Assembly: GCF_001194135.2 (NCBI RefSeq)
Contig: NC_068991.1
Location: 32,468,014 to 32,511,124 of the forward strand
Source of the DNA: Octopus bimaculoides
Taxonomy: Eukaryota
Length of the DNA stretch: 43,111 nucleotides
Direction of reading: 5' to 3'
This document shows, in pieces, positions 10,039 to 21,306 of the stretch. Within the stretch, counting starts at the first letter, position 1. Every line of letters starts with the position of its first letter. A program made the translations under genes and the position numbers. A model generated the notes under the pieces. That model saw only the letters and a list, made by a program, of their open reading frames with translations. It had not been told where the DNA came from and ran no database searches.

Positions 10039-10164
10039 ATGGCTTCCTTTCGTGAGACCACAGCGGAAAGAAGCCAGGAAAGAAAATCAGTTCACAAAAA
10101 TGGTACAAGTAATGGCATATCCAAACAGAAAAATGGACATGCATCGGGTTCTAACGGTAGCAAT
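10039..10164 (+). CDS. SPTLC2: Serine palmitoyltransferase 2, inferred coding exon 1 (42 aa: MASFRETTAERSQERKSVHKNGTSNGISKQKNGHASGSNGSN)
   Basis: Not in the ORF track. ATG context is ATCATGG, the 126 bp are open, and the exon ends at a canonical AAT|GTAAGT donor in phase 0, matching the phase-0 acceptor of the next exon. The NG-repeat-rich N-terminus resembles vertebrate SPTLC2 from memory. Confidence 0.72.
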
Positions 10165-13100
10165 GTAAGTATATTTACTTTTTAAAAGAATGTTTAGAAA
10201 TATATCAAAAAGTAATATGTCTATTGCAATTCTTGCTTGTCATGGTCTTTTTTGTGAAGATCCGCCTGATATTTTAGTTCAGTATCCCTTAACTTTGCTG
10301 TTTACAAGCTGGTATCGTTCAAGAATGCCTTTGCTCTTTATTCAAGATTTATTTATAGGTTTTGTTTAAAAGCTTTAGTTTTGCGAAGATGTATCAGGTG
10401 AAATTTAGGTGAACGCAAAACCCTGCCTACCTAAACCAGTTGGGCGTGTTTACCCTCTCTTGTTACAGTTTTTCTCCCGGAGGAACTATGTTTATTTATT
10501 ACTACGGGGAAATCTCTCCCTATCCCTCTATTAATTCTAACAACAAACAGTATTTGTTGAATTGAGGTTAGCTCTCATCTAACTAGAGCCGCGACCCGGT
10601 TTCAATTCCCAGTTTATAAGCTATCTTCATTCACTCGCCTCTTCGCTTCTTTTGAGAAATCTGTTATAGTCTCAAGATCATCAATGTCCCTGTAACTATA
10701 AATTCACTTTGAATTTTGCACCAACCTCTCCAGTCATCTTTTACCCAGGCATGTTCATTGAAGGTTGACATGGGACTCATCACATTTCTAATAAGTAAAA
10801 TTCACCAAACCACTACATTCTAACCCATTGTCGCTCTCTGTCTACATGGGACTGCAAAATATCAGGTTACTGCAGTCTCTCCTTGTACTAATAAATGGTT
10901 TAAAAAAAAATTCAACAGGTTTTGTTTCTCCCTTTGCTCTAATAGGTAATGTACATCTTTCTGCTTATTGTTTGTTTTTACTCATTTCTGCTTCCCACTC
11001 GTGATAAATGGCGTCACCCTAAAACTTCTGTCATCACCCTGTTGCTTGCAAAACTCTGCGTTTTTAACCCTTTTCCCACCCATGTCACAATACGATGAGG
11101 TATTTTTGTTTGTTTGTTTATCAGGGAATGTACATACTAGACCAAATACAGTTTTTGGTGTGTTTCTTTTAATAATTTTTAGTACACTTCTTATTTACCT
11201 TATGTTGAGCATTGACAAAAATATGACCATTGTGTTTTCATATTTGTTGCAATCGCTTCTTGTAGGCCGGAGGTGCGACAACTTAATTTCTGCCTTGATA
11301 CTTTTCACCTTTGATGTATTTACATTTTTTCGAGTGTGTATATAGAGTGAGGAGTGTTTGTACATACTAGAGTACATGCACTCTGAAAGGTCTGTTGTTT
11401 TGTTGGAGCTGTATTGAACCAAAATGAAAGTAGCATCCAGACTTGCTGCAGCAGGTTAGCGACATTCTTTTTACCTCGCAGTCACACCGTGTTCCCCTCC
11501 ATCTCTGTCACAGCCTCTTTTCCTCTCTCTCTCTTAATCATTTTACTCTGTTCTCTTTCCTCTCTCTGTCACACACCCTGTCAGTGTCCCACACACTCTC
11601 TTCTGTTTTACTCTCTATCACTTACCCTGTTCGTCTTTATCACAATCTTTCTCCTCTTTCTCAAAATTTCCTTTACTCACACACTCTGTCCATCCTCTTC
11701 TCTCAAATTGGATATCAATAAAACTCTATTCGTCCTGAAAACATTCGACTGTCGCAGTAGTGAGAAATTTGACTGAATTAGTCCAGCTTTGATTGTGGAC
11801 TCTAAAACGACTCTCTCCTTTTAAAATATAGGGCTGAGACATATAAGAATAAAAGAATCTGTTCTCTTGTAAGATGTTCCGTCTGCATTTCCACAGTAGA
11901 AATATAAAAGGACCTCTTCAGTACTCGTGTATTCAAATGGTTGTTCACATCAGATCTCCTGGGAAACCGTAAATGAGTTTCTCGTCTTTTAAAACAGCAG
12001 TTGTGAACTTTGTAATTAAATAGTTAAAGTTTATTTATTGTTTTATTTTCTCGTAATGAAAGCTTGTCCAGTGTTGTTAAATCAGGACTCCCTCTCACTC
12101 TCGTTGCTCGCATTTCCCTCTAGAAAAGAGAAAGAGTGAAAATATCTACTCCCTCTCTTCTGCTCTCCTCCTACTTCAGGATTCTCCACACCCATTGAAA
12201 TTATTCCTGAAATTCCTTGTGTGAAATTTGATATATAATACATGTAGTTGCAGCAACAGATTTAAGTCAATCGTTCAATTATATAAGGTTTTTATATTTA
12301 ATCTTGTACAATATTTAAAGTAGTACGTGTTTAAAAAATTTAAGAAATTCGATCAAGTTAACATACTGAAGTGTAATCAGATAAACTTCTAAGTTCATTG
12401 TAAACGTTAATGCTCAATAAAACAAAATAGCTACACATACACAGACTTTGTTTAATCACTAATTTTATTACAACTTATTTTTTCCTCCTTGAAGCAGTAG
12501 TTTCTTCTATACTGTTTTGTATTTCTATATCTGTATGTGTACTATTTCGCAGTCTACAAATTAATTACTAACGCTGACCAATTAATAATCAACCAGATGT
12601 TTTGAAAACTGACAGAACAATCGCATGAAGATTGGTGCACAGTGGCCTTGATACCTCTAAATGTTCACCTAACACGTTTCTTTTGACTGGCACACTCTAC
12701 ATACTTTCTCTTGATGTTGGTGAGAATGATTGGAATGTCAAACATGTTAAGTCTTTTTATCTCCGATCTTTTTCGTTTTCTTTCCATTACATGATGATGT
12801 AAGACTTGTTTCCATTAACATTACCTACACTTCATTCGGGTTGTCTTAAAAAAAAAAATGTGTGCATGCGCGTACCTGTCTGCCTAACCCTGAAATAAAA
12901 TAACTTCGTGAACCTCTATTTAACTAACGAAATATCATTTTAAAAATACAAATCATAAGTTAACTATGTAACACCACACACACACACACACTATCTGTAT
13001 GTAGATACATAATTACACTTAGCGTTTTAGTAACTCATTAGTATATACCTGTTCCTCGCGATTAGAAAGAAGGGGAGTATTATAGTTTGCTAACTTGATT

Positions 13101-13399
13101 CAGTTCAGTTCAAGTGTTACTATAAAAACACACACAATCACACTTTCTCTCCCCCCCCTCTCTCTCTCTTGTTACAGCAGATATATTTAATATCACTTAG
13201 CGCTAGAGAAGTTCTATTTTTCATATAAGAATATATCGCGTAAATTAGCCCATCAGCGAAAAAGACCGAGAGACTAGGTTTAAAAAGAAAAGTCTGGGAT
13301 CGATGTGTTCCATCGCAACCTTTTCAGGGGATCCGCCATGGCCACACTCAAAATCACAAACAAATAAATGAATATATATACTTCAACTTTATCATTGTC

Positions 13400-14347
13400 G
13401 GCCTTCGGTGCATATGTGTGTATGTATGTTTGTTGTGTATACATATATATATATACGTATGTATGTGTGTACATGTATGTGTATATGCATGTGTATACAT
13501 ATATGTGCATATATATGCGCATATATGAGTATGTATGTGGGTGTATATGTGCATGTATATGTACGTATATNNNNNNNNNNNNNNNNNNNNNNNNNNNNNN
13601 NNNNNNNNNNNNNNNNNNNNNNNNNNNNNNNNNNNNNNNNNNNNNNNNNNNNNNNNNNNNNNNNNNNNNNNNNNNNNNNNNNNNNNNNNNNNNNNNNNNN
13701 NNNNNNNNNNNNNNNNNNNNNNNNNNNNNNNNNNNNNNNNNNNNNNNNNNNNNNNNNNNNNNNNNNNNNNNNNNNNNNNNNNNNNNNNNNNNNNNNNNNN
13801 NNNNNNNNNNNNNNNNNNNNNNNNNNNNNNNNNNNNNNNNNNNNNNNNNNNNNNNNNNNNNNNNNNNNNNNNNNNNNNNNNNNNNNNNNNNNNNNNNNNN
13901 NNNNNNNNNNNNNNNNNNNNNNNNNNNNNNNNNNNNNNNNNNNNNNNNNNNNNNNNNNNNNNNNNNNNNNNNNNNNNNNNNNNNNNNNNNNNNNNNNNNN
14001 NNNNNNNNNNNNNNNNNNNNNNNNNNNNNNNNNNNNNNNNNNNNNNNNNNNNNNNNNNNNNNNNNNNNNNNNNNNNNNNNNNNNNNNNNNNNNNNNNNNN
14101 NNNNNNNNNNNNNNNNNNNNNNNNNNNNNNNNNNNNNNNNNNNNNNNNNNNNNNNNNNNNNNNNNNNNNNNNNNNNNNNNNNNNNNNNNNNNNNNNNNNN
14201 NNNNNNNNNNNNNNNNNNNNNNNNNNNNNNNNNNNNNNNNNNNNNNNNNNNNNNNNNNNNNNNNNNNNNNNNNNNNNNNNNNNNNNNNNNNNNNNNNNNN
14301 NNNNNNNNNNNNNNNNNNNNNNNNNNNNNNNNNNNNNNNNNNNNNNN

Positions 14348-14384
<37 letters not shown>

Positions 14385-14450
14385 TTCTATATTTATGTAT
14401 ATATATGCATCTATACGTATGTATATATATGTATCTATACGTACATAAAG
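13400..14450. repeat. (TA)n/(TATG)n microsatellite spanning an N-gap (13571-14347)
   Basis: Directly visible simple repeat on both sides of the gap. Confidence 0.9.
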
Positions 14451-14454
14451 GTAT

Positions 14455-14883
14455 CTGTTGTTGGCACTCAGTCGTTTACGACGTTGAGGGTTCCAGTTGA
14501 TCCGATCAACGGAACAGCCTGCTCGTGAAATTAACGTGCAAGTGGCTGAGCACTCCACAGACACNNNNNNNNNNAACGTGCAAGTGGCTGAGCACTCCAC
14601 AGACACGTGTACCCTTAACTTAGTTCTCGGGGATATTCAGCGTGACACAAATTGTGACAAGGCTGGCCATTTAAAATACAGGTACAACAGAAACAGGAAG
14701 AAAGAGCGAGAGAAAGTTGTGGTGAAAGGGTACAGCAGGGTTCGCCACCATCCCCTGCTGGAGCCTCGTGGAGCTTTAGGTATTTCCGCTCAATAAACAC
14801 TCACAACGCCCGGTCTGGGAATCGAAAAAGCGATCCTATGACCACGATTCCGCTTCCCTAACCACTGGGCCATTACGCCTCCA
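14455..14883 (-). repeat. tRNA-derived SINE (family B), about 430 bp
   Basis: Minus-strand head GGAGGCGTAATGGCCCAGTGGTTAGGG...TTTTCGATTCCCAGACC with A-box-like and B-box-like words. The tail is ...GACTGAGTGCCAACAAC and the element is flanked by TA microsatellites. Confidence 0.7.
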
Positions 14884-16073
14884 CTAAAGGTATCTATACG
14901 TATGTATATATACATATATGTATATGTATGTANNNNNNNNNNNNNNNNNNNNNNNNNNNNNNNNNNNNNNNNNNNNNNNNNNNNNNNNNNNNNNNNNNNN
15001 NNNNNNNNNNNNNNNNNNNNNNNNNNNNNNNNTATATATATATATATATACATATATACATACATACATATGTATATGTATGAATCAGAATAATTTGGTT
15101 TAAATTCGTTGGTACTCTTGAGTTATGAGCACAATGCTTGTCATCAGCCATTATGAATTCGAATGACAGAAGTTGATTTTTATTACGAGAGACAGGACAT
15201 TAAGGCACTTAAAAAGAGACATGTATGACAGTCAGTTAATGCACTAAATATAGGCCTTTATGGCACTAAAATAGGCTTTTATACCACTAACAAATAGGAA
15301 TTTCAACAAGTTTACATAATATATGGTACATTGGTGTTTATGGCACTAAAAATTAGTATTGTGTAATGAAGAGGAAGTATTGCATAACAAGATATGCTGA
15401 TGGGATCATAAATATTGTCATGAAGCAAAGGTTAAGCCTGTTTATTTTTCAGTAGAAAGTGTTTATAGCACAAGCAATAAAATAAAATTAGTCAAAATTG
15501 AAAATATTTAGATATCCTACTTGATTTTAAATATTTTTATTTTTAAGAAAAATTATACCTTCTCTAAGTACCTAGTACATTCTTGGCATTTGCTACCTTA
15601 TGAGATCGCAACACCCAAAGATGGCCCTACTGCCTAAGATAACCACTGCACTAAAATATATATGGTAGGTTTTTTATCATTATTGCCGTTTATCCTCCTG
15701 GGAAGCTGTGTAGGTACCCTGTTTTTTATTCCAGGTTGAGCCTATTTTACTTCATGTCAATCTCTAAAGCTTTCAGTGAAAGCGAAAATTATCACCAGTT
15801 CTCTTTAACATCTTTCTAAATGATTCCACGACTTAGTTTACTCCAGAAATCAAAACTTTATAATCTTCAAACCATTTTCATCAGCCTAGTAAAAAACTCT
15901 AAACTATACAATGTCTGCTTAGAGTACTGCAGGAGTCATTTTATTTTGTGTAAATATGTACTCAACCGTTTAATTAGCATGGAATGTTTTTAATGAATTT
16001 TTGTTGTTTTCAGTTATCAACAATTTGATTGCAAAGCATTAATGGCATTTTTTCTTTATATATTTTTTTCCAG

Positions 16074-16241
16074 GAATTTTACAAAGAACCATTTTATGAG
16101 TCTTTTGAGGCTACCCCTTTACTGGCTGCTATCTTAACCTACCTCAGTTACAGCTTGCTAACAATTGTAGGTCACATTCGAGAATGGTTACAAATGGCTG
16201 GATTGCAGAAGTCCCACATGCTCAAGGAACCAAAACAAGAT
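16074..16241 (+). CDS. SPTLC2: Serine palmitoyltransferase 2, coding exon 2 (EFYKEPFYESFEATPLLAAILTYLSYSLLTIVGHIREWLQMAGLQKSHMLKEPKQD)
   Basis: Polypyrimidine tract with CAG acceptor at 16071-16073 and GAT|GTAATT donor, 168 bp, phase 0/0. Matches the LCB2/SPTLC2 motif FEETP...LTY..Y..LT..G..R. Confidence 0.9.
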
Positions 16242-17107
16242 GTAATTATTAAATATATATTTTTATTAGTTTTAGTTGAGGCAATTTAGAATTTTCTTAA
16301 CTTAAATACATATAATTTTAAAATAATAGTAGACTATAACAGCTGATATGTAATACTTTTAATTGGGTTTAACATTCTTTATTTAAAAACTTAAATTGTT
16401 TTTGTTTTATATATTACTAACAGTAGTACCTGGCATTACACGGGTCTCAATAAATTACCACTCAACTGCAGAAAGGAGAGGCCTTAAACTTGATAAAATA
16501 TTTTGGGTCCTACCTTGGCTACCACGTTCATGCAATGCTCTTCTGATTTCAACACCTTACTCCTCAGCCTAGCGCAGATTAGAACCATACACTTGCGAAT
16601 ATGAAGCACATAGATAAACGTATAGGAAGAGAACAAGTTGAACAATTTCAGCGTTTCCTAAGAAGGAACCATTTGAGCGATAGATTGCTCCCAGTTGAAG
16701 GAGGTTAATGGTCAACAGTTGGAATGTCGCCTTCAAGAGGTTCATGCAACACGTAGCCGCCATGCATTTTGTAAATTGGTATCCTTTCCGTTGAATTGGT
16801 CACTTTAATGTTATGAATAAACATACTTGAGGTAATTGACTGTATAGAAGGCAGCAGAAATGTCCTCGAATATGCAATACCTAACCTGCCTTTCTGCTGG
16901 TCCGTTTTCTTCGCATTTTTATCTTGCAACTTCAACGAATTGCCACCTCTTTGCCATCATAGGAGCACCACACGAACGCCTTCCATTAACCCACAGAATG
17001 TCAAGAGGCAGGCGCCCTTTTCTGATTTTATGTTTGATATGGGAAAAAATAGTAAAAGTATTTGAGCGTACCCCATTATATGCATGCATGGTGATAATGT
17101 ACCTACT

Positions 17108-20100
17108 TCAGCCTTGGCAAATACTTAGCACTTCGTTGTAGACAATGTTTCTTGTCTTTCCCCGACGTGTTAATGTGAACAGTCTGTCTCTACTGCCGAC
17201 TCTGGAACATGCAATGTACAACTGGCCGTGGGTAAAGCATGGCTCTTCCAAGAGAATTCCGGCCACAGAAAGAGTTTGGCCCTGGGACTTGTTGACAGAC
17301 ATGGCGAAGCTGGGCTGGAGCGGGAATTGCAGTCTTCTGAAGGCGAAAGGTATATCTGCTCCCGATGGAGTAAGGGGAATCCTGGGAATGTATACATCCT
17401 CACCTTTTCGCATCAGGATAGGATGGTTGCCTTGATAACATGCTTCATCAATTCTTTTACAACCAGACATGTTCCATTGCACAGTCTGGGGGAGGCTCCA
17501 AATTGCACAGAAACATAACTGGAGTTCCAGCTTTAAGGCAGAGCAGATGTGGCGGTAGGCCCAGAGGGTCTAAAGAGTTGAGGAACTCCGTTGGGAAATT
17601 CACCGATTCATTTGCATCTACCATCGTATCTACAGATTTGTATGTGAAAGGAGCACCAGGAAGTGACAGCAACAGTTGATCATTGAGTTTTGTAACAGTC
17701 ACGTTTTTCGGAGGCAACTCTGCTCTTTTAGACAGCCATTCATGATTGAGATAATTATCTTTTAAATGGGGAAACACTTTATCAGTGAGTTCAGGCACAG
17801 ATGAAACGGTAATTGAGAACGTGTGGATGTCCATTTCCCCATCAGATTCAAGAGGCACTTTACCATCGCCAAGTTTCAGAATGTCACTTGCGAAGTTGGC
17901 CAATTTTTGGTCGCTGAGCAATCGAGCCCTCATGTTGATTGTCAGGGTCAGTAACCTGACATGGCCAGAGCAGAGATGACTTAAGGCATGCTTGAACCTC
18001 ATCTGCTTGCGTGCCTTTGGGGATAATAGGAAGAATTTGCCTAAAGTCACCTGGAAGCAAAAGCATAGCACCTCCCATGGGGGCTTCGCAACCCCTGATA
18101 TCCTGAAGGGTCTGTTTAATGCGTTGAAGGCTCCCTTGTAGGCCATAGTACACTTGTCCCACACAATAAGCTGACAGCATTTCAGCACTTGGCCTTGGTC
18201 AGAGTTCTTGCTTATATTGCAGGTAGGTGTTTCTGGCTTAGTTAAATTGAGGGGCAACTTAAAGGTGGAGTGTGCAGTTCTGCTGCCAGGCAGCAAAGTT
18301 GCAGCAGTCCCTGAAGATGCGACTGCAACTGCAATGCTCTTTTGCATCCAGACCTTCGCTAGGATGAGTTTCGTTAGAAAGGTTTTGCCTGTACCCCTTG
18401 GCGCATCAAGAAAAAAACCACCTTTCCTGTGGCACACATGATAAGTCACAATAGTATAAACATGCCGTTGATCCGGAAGAAGCTTTGGCTCAGTTTCTAG
18501 GACAAAATTGGCAAGGGCATCTGTATCGTAGGGCGTTTCTCGCAAAAGAGCTGTAGGAAGTAAATTTGACTCTGAACGCAGTGGTTTAGGCAGACCTAAA
18601 TGAGGGTAAGTCATTCCCATCAAGTGATGCAACTGTATTTTCAATGTCGATCTAGACTTGATTGTATACCTCATCGCTTATACTTTCTATCCCAGGAAAA
18701 AGCATCGCCTGACATATGAAGTCCTCCGATAAGTCGTCTTTAAATTTGAGCCCACAAAGACAAAGGGGTGTTCAGTTCACAAATTTGCAGCATAACAGCA
18801 AATTGAGCTCGTAGACACTTAGGTGTCTGGGATGCAACAGCTTCAAATAACGTAGCCTCCCATTGCACATCGTCTTCCAGCAAACTGCGCTTGAGGCATG
18901 CTTCCCTGTAATTGCTGCAATCAGAGCCGAAGACAGTCCTTAAGTCATCAAACAACTGAGGCCCATGTACCTCATGTAACAGAAGGCGAAGGTAAAAGCA
19001 CTCGTGTTGGCACGGATGTACAATGTAAACTCTCCCAAGACATGTAAACCATGTAAACTCTCCAAAGGTATCCATCAATGCCAGTTTGTGTTTCCTTCAG
19101 AAACTTTTTTGGAAACTTCTTGCATTAGATATTGTTGCTCAAGCAAGGGGAGCCTAAATTGAATCCGTGCCCACATGACTCATGGATCATGGTTGCCTTG
19201 ACTATTTCAAAGAGATGTCTGTCAGTAGATGGGTTTGGAATCTCGGCAGAGATAATCTTGTCAATATCGTAGGGAGGTATTTTTACAGAGAGCCAGATTA
19301 GAATGTAAGCGTGTAGTAGGCCTCTCTCTTGCCATTCAACAGTATGCATATCGCATCTAACTGGGCCAAATATTTGCCCTCCCTAAAGAAGCTCCATTAG
19401 TTTGATAAGCTTCAACCGGAAGACTCGTGCTAGGGGGTCATGACAGTCTTTCGCATGCTGACCTGGAAACAATTCAGCTTCGATCTCCTTCCATGAAGGA
19501 TTGCAGGTGAATGTAATGAAAAAATCAGGCCTGCCATAATGACGGATGTAAGTCATAGCATCTTGCGTTCTCTCATGCATATACTGCGGATTTCCAGTGA
19601 AGGAGGATAGCAGAATGCAGAGTTTGCCAACGCTATCTGGTGCTGCGTCATTGAATAGGGCATCTCACAAATGAATGTAGCTGTCTCAACGCAACTGCTT
19701 CTGGTGTGTTCTGATAAAACAGAACCTCTCTGATTCCATTTTGGTGCACACATCCACGGCAAACTGATGAAAAAGTTCTCTTGAACGGAGCATATGGTTG
19801 GAGTTGTCAAGAGTAAAAATTCATGCAAGAAACTGTTTTGGTGGTTATGCAATCCAAATTGTCTGACTTGCGCTGATGAATTCCAAACTGGTAGCCGTCC
19901 TCTCCTCTCACAAAGAGCAGTGGGTATTGCAAGGCGTCATAAGATCTGTGCGTCTCGCATATACGGTGAAGGGTGTTGCCTCTGCGTTTAAGGACAATGT
20001 CTCGGTGGTTATATTGATTACCGTGAAGAAGGCCAGCTACTTTGTTTCATATAGAATTTGAAGCTTCTGGAGTGTTCACCCTATGGACGTTTTGAGGCAT

Positions 20101-21306
20101 CTATGACAACGTTGAAATTTGATGAAGGAGCTGCCTCCAATGCATACTTGAAGCTTATAACGTAGCTGCTGAACATGTGAAGAATATCTTGCTGGTTTCG
20201 GATGATGTGGAGGTCTGTGCCAGGTGAAATTGAGTACCACATTGCTGCTTGTTTGTTGTGATTACCAACGAAGTAAAGTTGGAGAAATTGTGGGTCTTGG
20301 TTAGCGGCAGGTTCAAACAGTCCAATTCTATGGTATACTTGGCCTTGAACCTTAAATGTGGGCATGAATCCCCCTTCTCACACAACATTTGCTCTGAAAG
20401 ATGTTATATGAAAGGCGCAATTGTACTTCCAGATGCAACTAAGAAAGTGCTTCGATTCAACCATATCATCTGTGAAGAGAAGCTTTAGCGGCTCTGGTGG
20501 GTCCTCAAGTTGAGGCAACCAGATATTTCCACCAGAGCAGCACAAACTGGATGGCTCCCCTGACCACTTTTTAGCAAAGCAAAATGAGCACATCTTTGAT
20601 CTACTTCCAAGTGACATGTCTGGGTGGCCAGCATTATCAAAGGTGGAATTGTACTGGAATGCTTTTAAGACCCATTGTAAGGCCAACAGTTTCGAAACAC
20701 CTTTCCTAAGGGCTTGCTGTCTGTCATCACTCTGAAGGCGATTATCATGGTCTTGTAACGTTTAGGAAGATCAAGCAGCAGCAGTGTTTGCAGCATCCAT
20801 TGTCCGACGTCTGTGGCGCTGTTCCTCATTCTCCTCAGCATGTGCAGCTTAAGTGCATGTGGCATTAGTGGTTCAGTGACGTTTCCGCTGGCAACTTGCT
20901 TCAGAAGCTCTTGCAGCAGCTGTAGATGCAGCATTAGCAGATCGGTGGCTTCTTCGTTGGTCCTCTGTCTTTGAAGCTCAAGCAGCTGCCATTGAAGAAG
21001 CATTCGCAGTTAGGCGAGTTCTATGTTGGCCTTCTGTTTCTGTGACGCAAACAGTCTCAGTCACAACAGCATTGGCGGTTGACGTTTTCTTCGCTGAACT
21101 TCTGTCTCTGAAGCTCGAGCAGCTGCCATTGAAGAAGCATTCGCGGTTTGGCGAGTTCTGCGTTGGTTTTTGGTTTCTGCAGCAAGAGCAGTGGCAGATA
21201 AGATGACAATAGTGGTGAGGCGAGCGTTTCGCTGGTCGTCTGTTTCAAGAGCTCTTCTGGTGGCTGCACGTTCAGCAGCTTGTGACCAACAGAAGGATAA
21301 AGGCAA
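17108..21306 (-). pseudogene. Helitron RepHel pseudogene (N-terminal 23-aa repeats, Zn finger, HUH Rep, Pif1-family helicase)
   Basis: Motifs in order: CSFCFAKKW..E...LCCSGG, FKVQGQVYHRIG, DFFITFTCNPSWKEI, VEWQERGLLHAYILIW, YLRLLL, FLDAPRGTGKTFL, ASSGTAATLLPGSRTAHSTFK, GDFRQILP, QFPLQPSFAMSVNKSQGQTL, HGQLYIACSRV, TRNIVYNEVL. Many frameshifts and stops. Confidence 0.95.

Noticed and set aside
9818-10168. 116-aa ORF with a hydrophobic Val-rich stretch
   Set aside because: It is a translation of (AGT)-rich low-complexity UTR sequence and overlaps the real exon 1 in another frame.
10968-11776. Phe/Leu-rich ORFs in intron 1
   Set aside because: Explained by T-rich and CT-rich composition, with no recognisable domain or splice support.
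13331-13367. Strong Kozak-like CCGCCATGG suggesting an alternative first exon
   Set aside because: The ORF stops after 9 codons with no donor site before the stop. The antisense ATG gives only 19 codons.
14533-14607. Direct repeat AACGTGCAAGTGGCTGAGCACTCCACAGACAC on either side of a 10-N gap, superficially CRISPR-like
   Set aside because: Only two copies flanking a gap inside a SINE, typical of an unmerged contig overlap. There are no spacers or cas genes and the context is eukaryotic.
14810-14883. tRNA-like sequence on the minus strand
   Set aside because: The B box is degenerate and the sequence continues into a SINE body, so it is a SINE head rather than a tRNA gene.
13280-15151. Tyr/Ile/Met/Cys-rich ORFs
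   Set aside because: Translations of TA/TG microsatellites.
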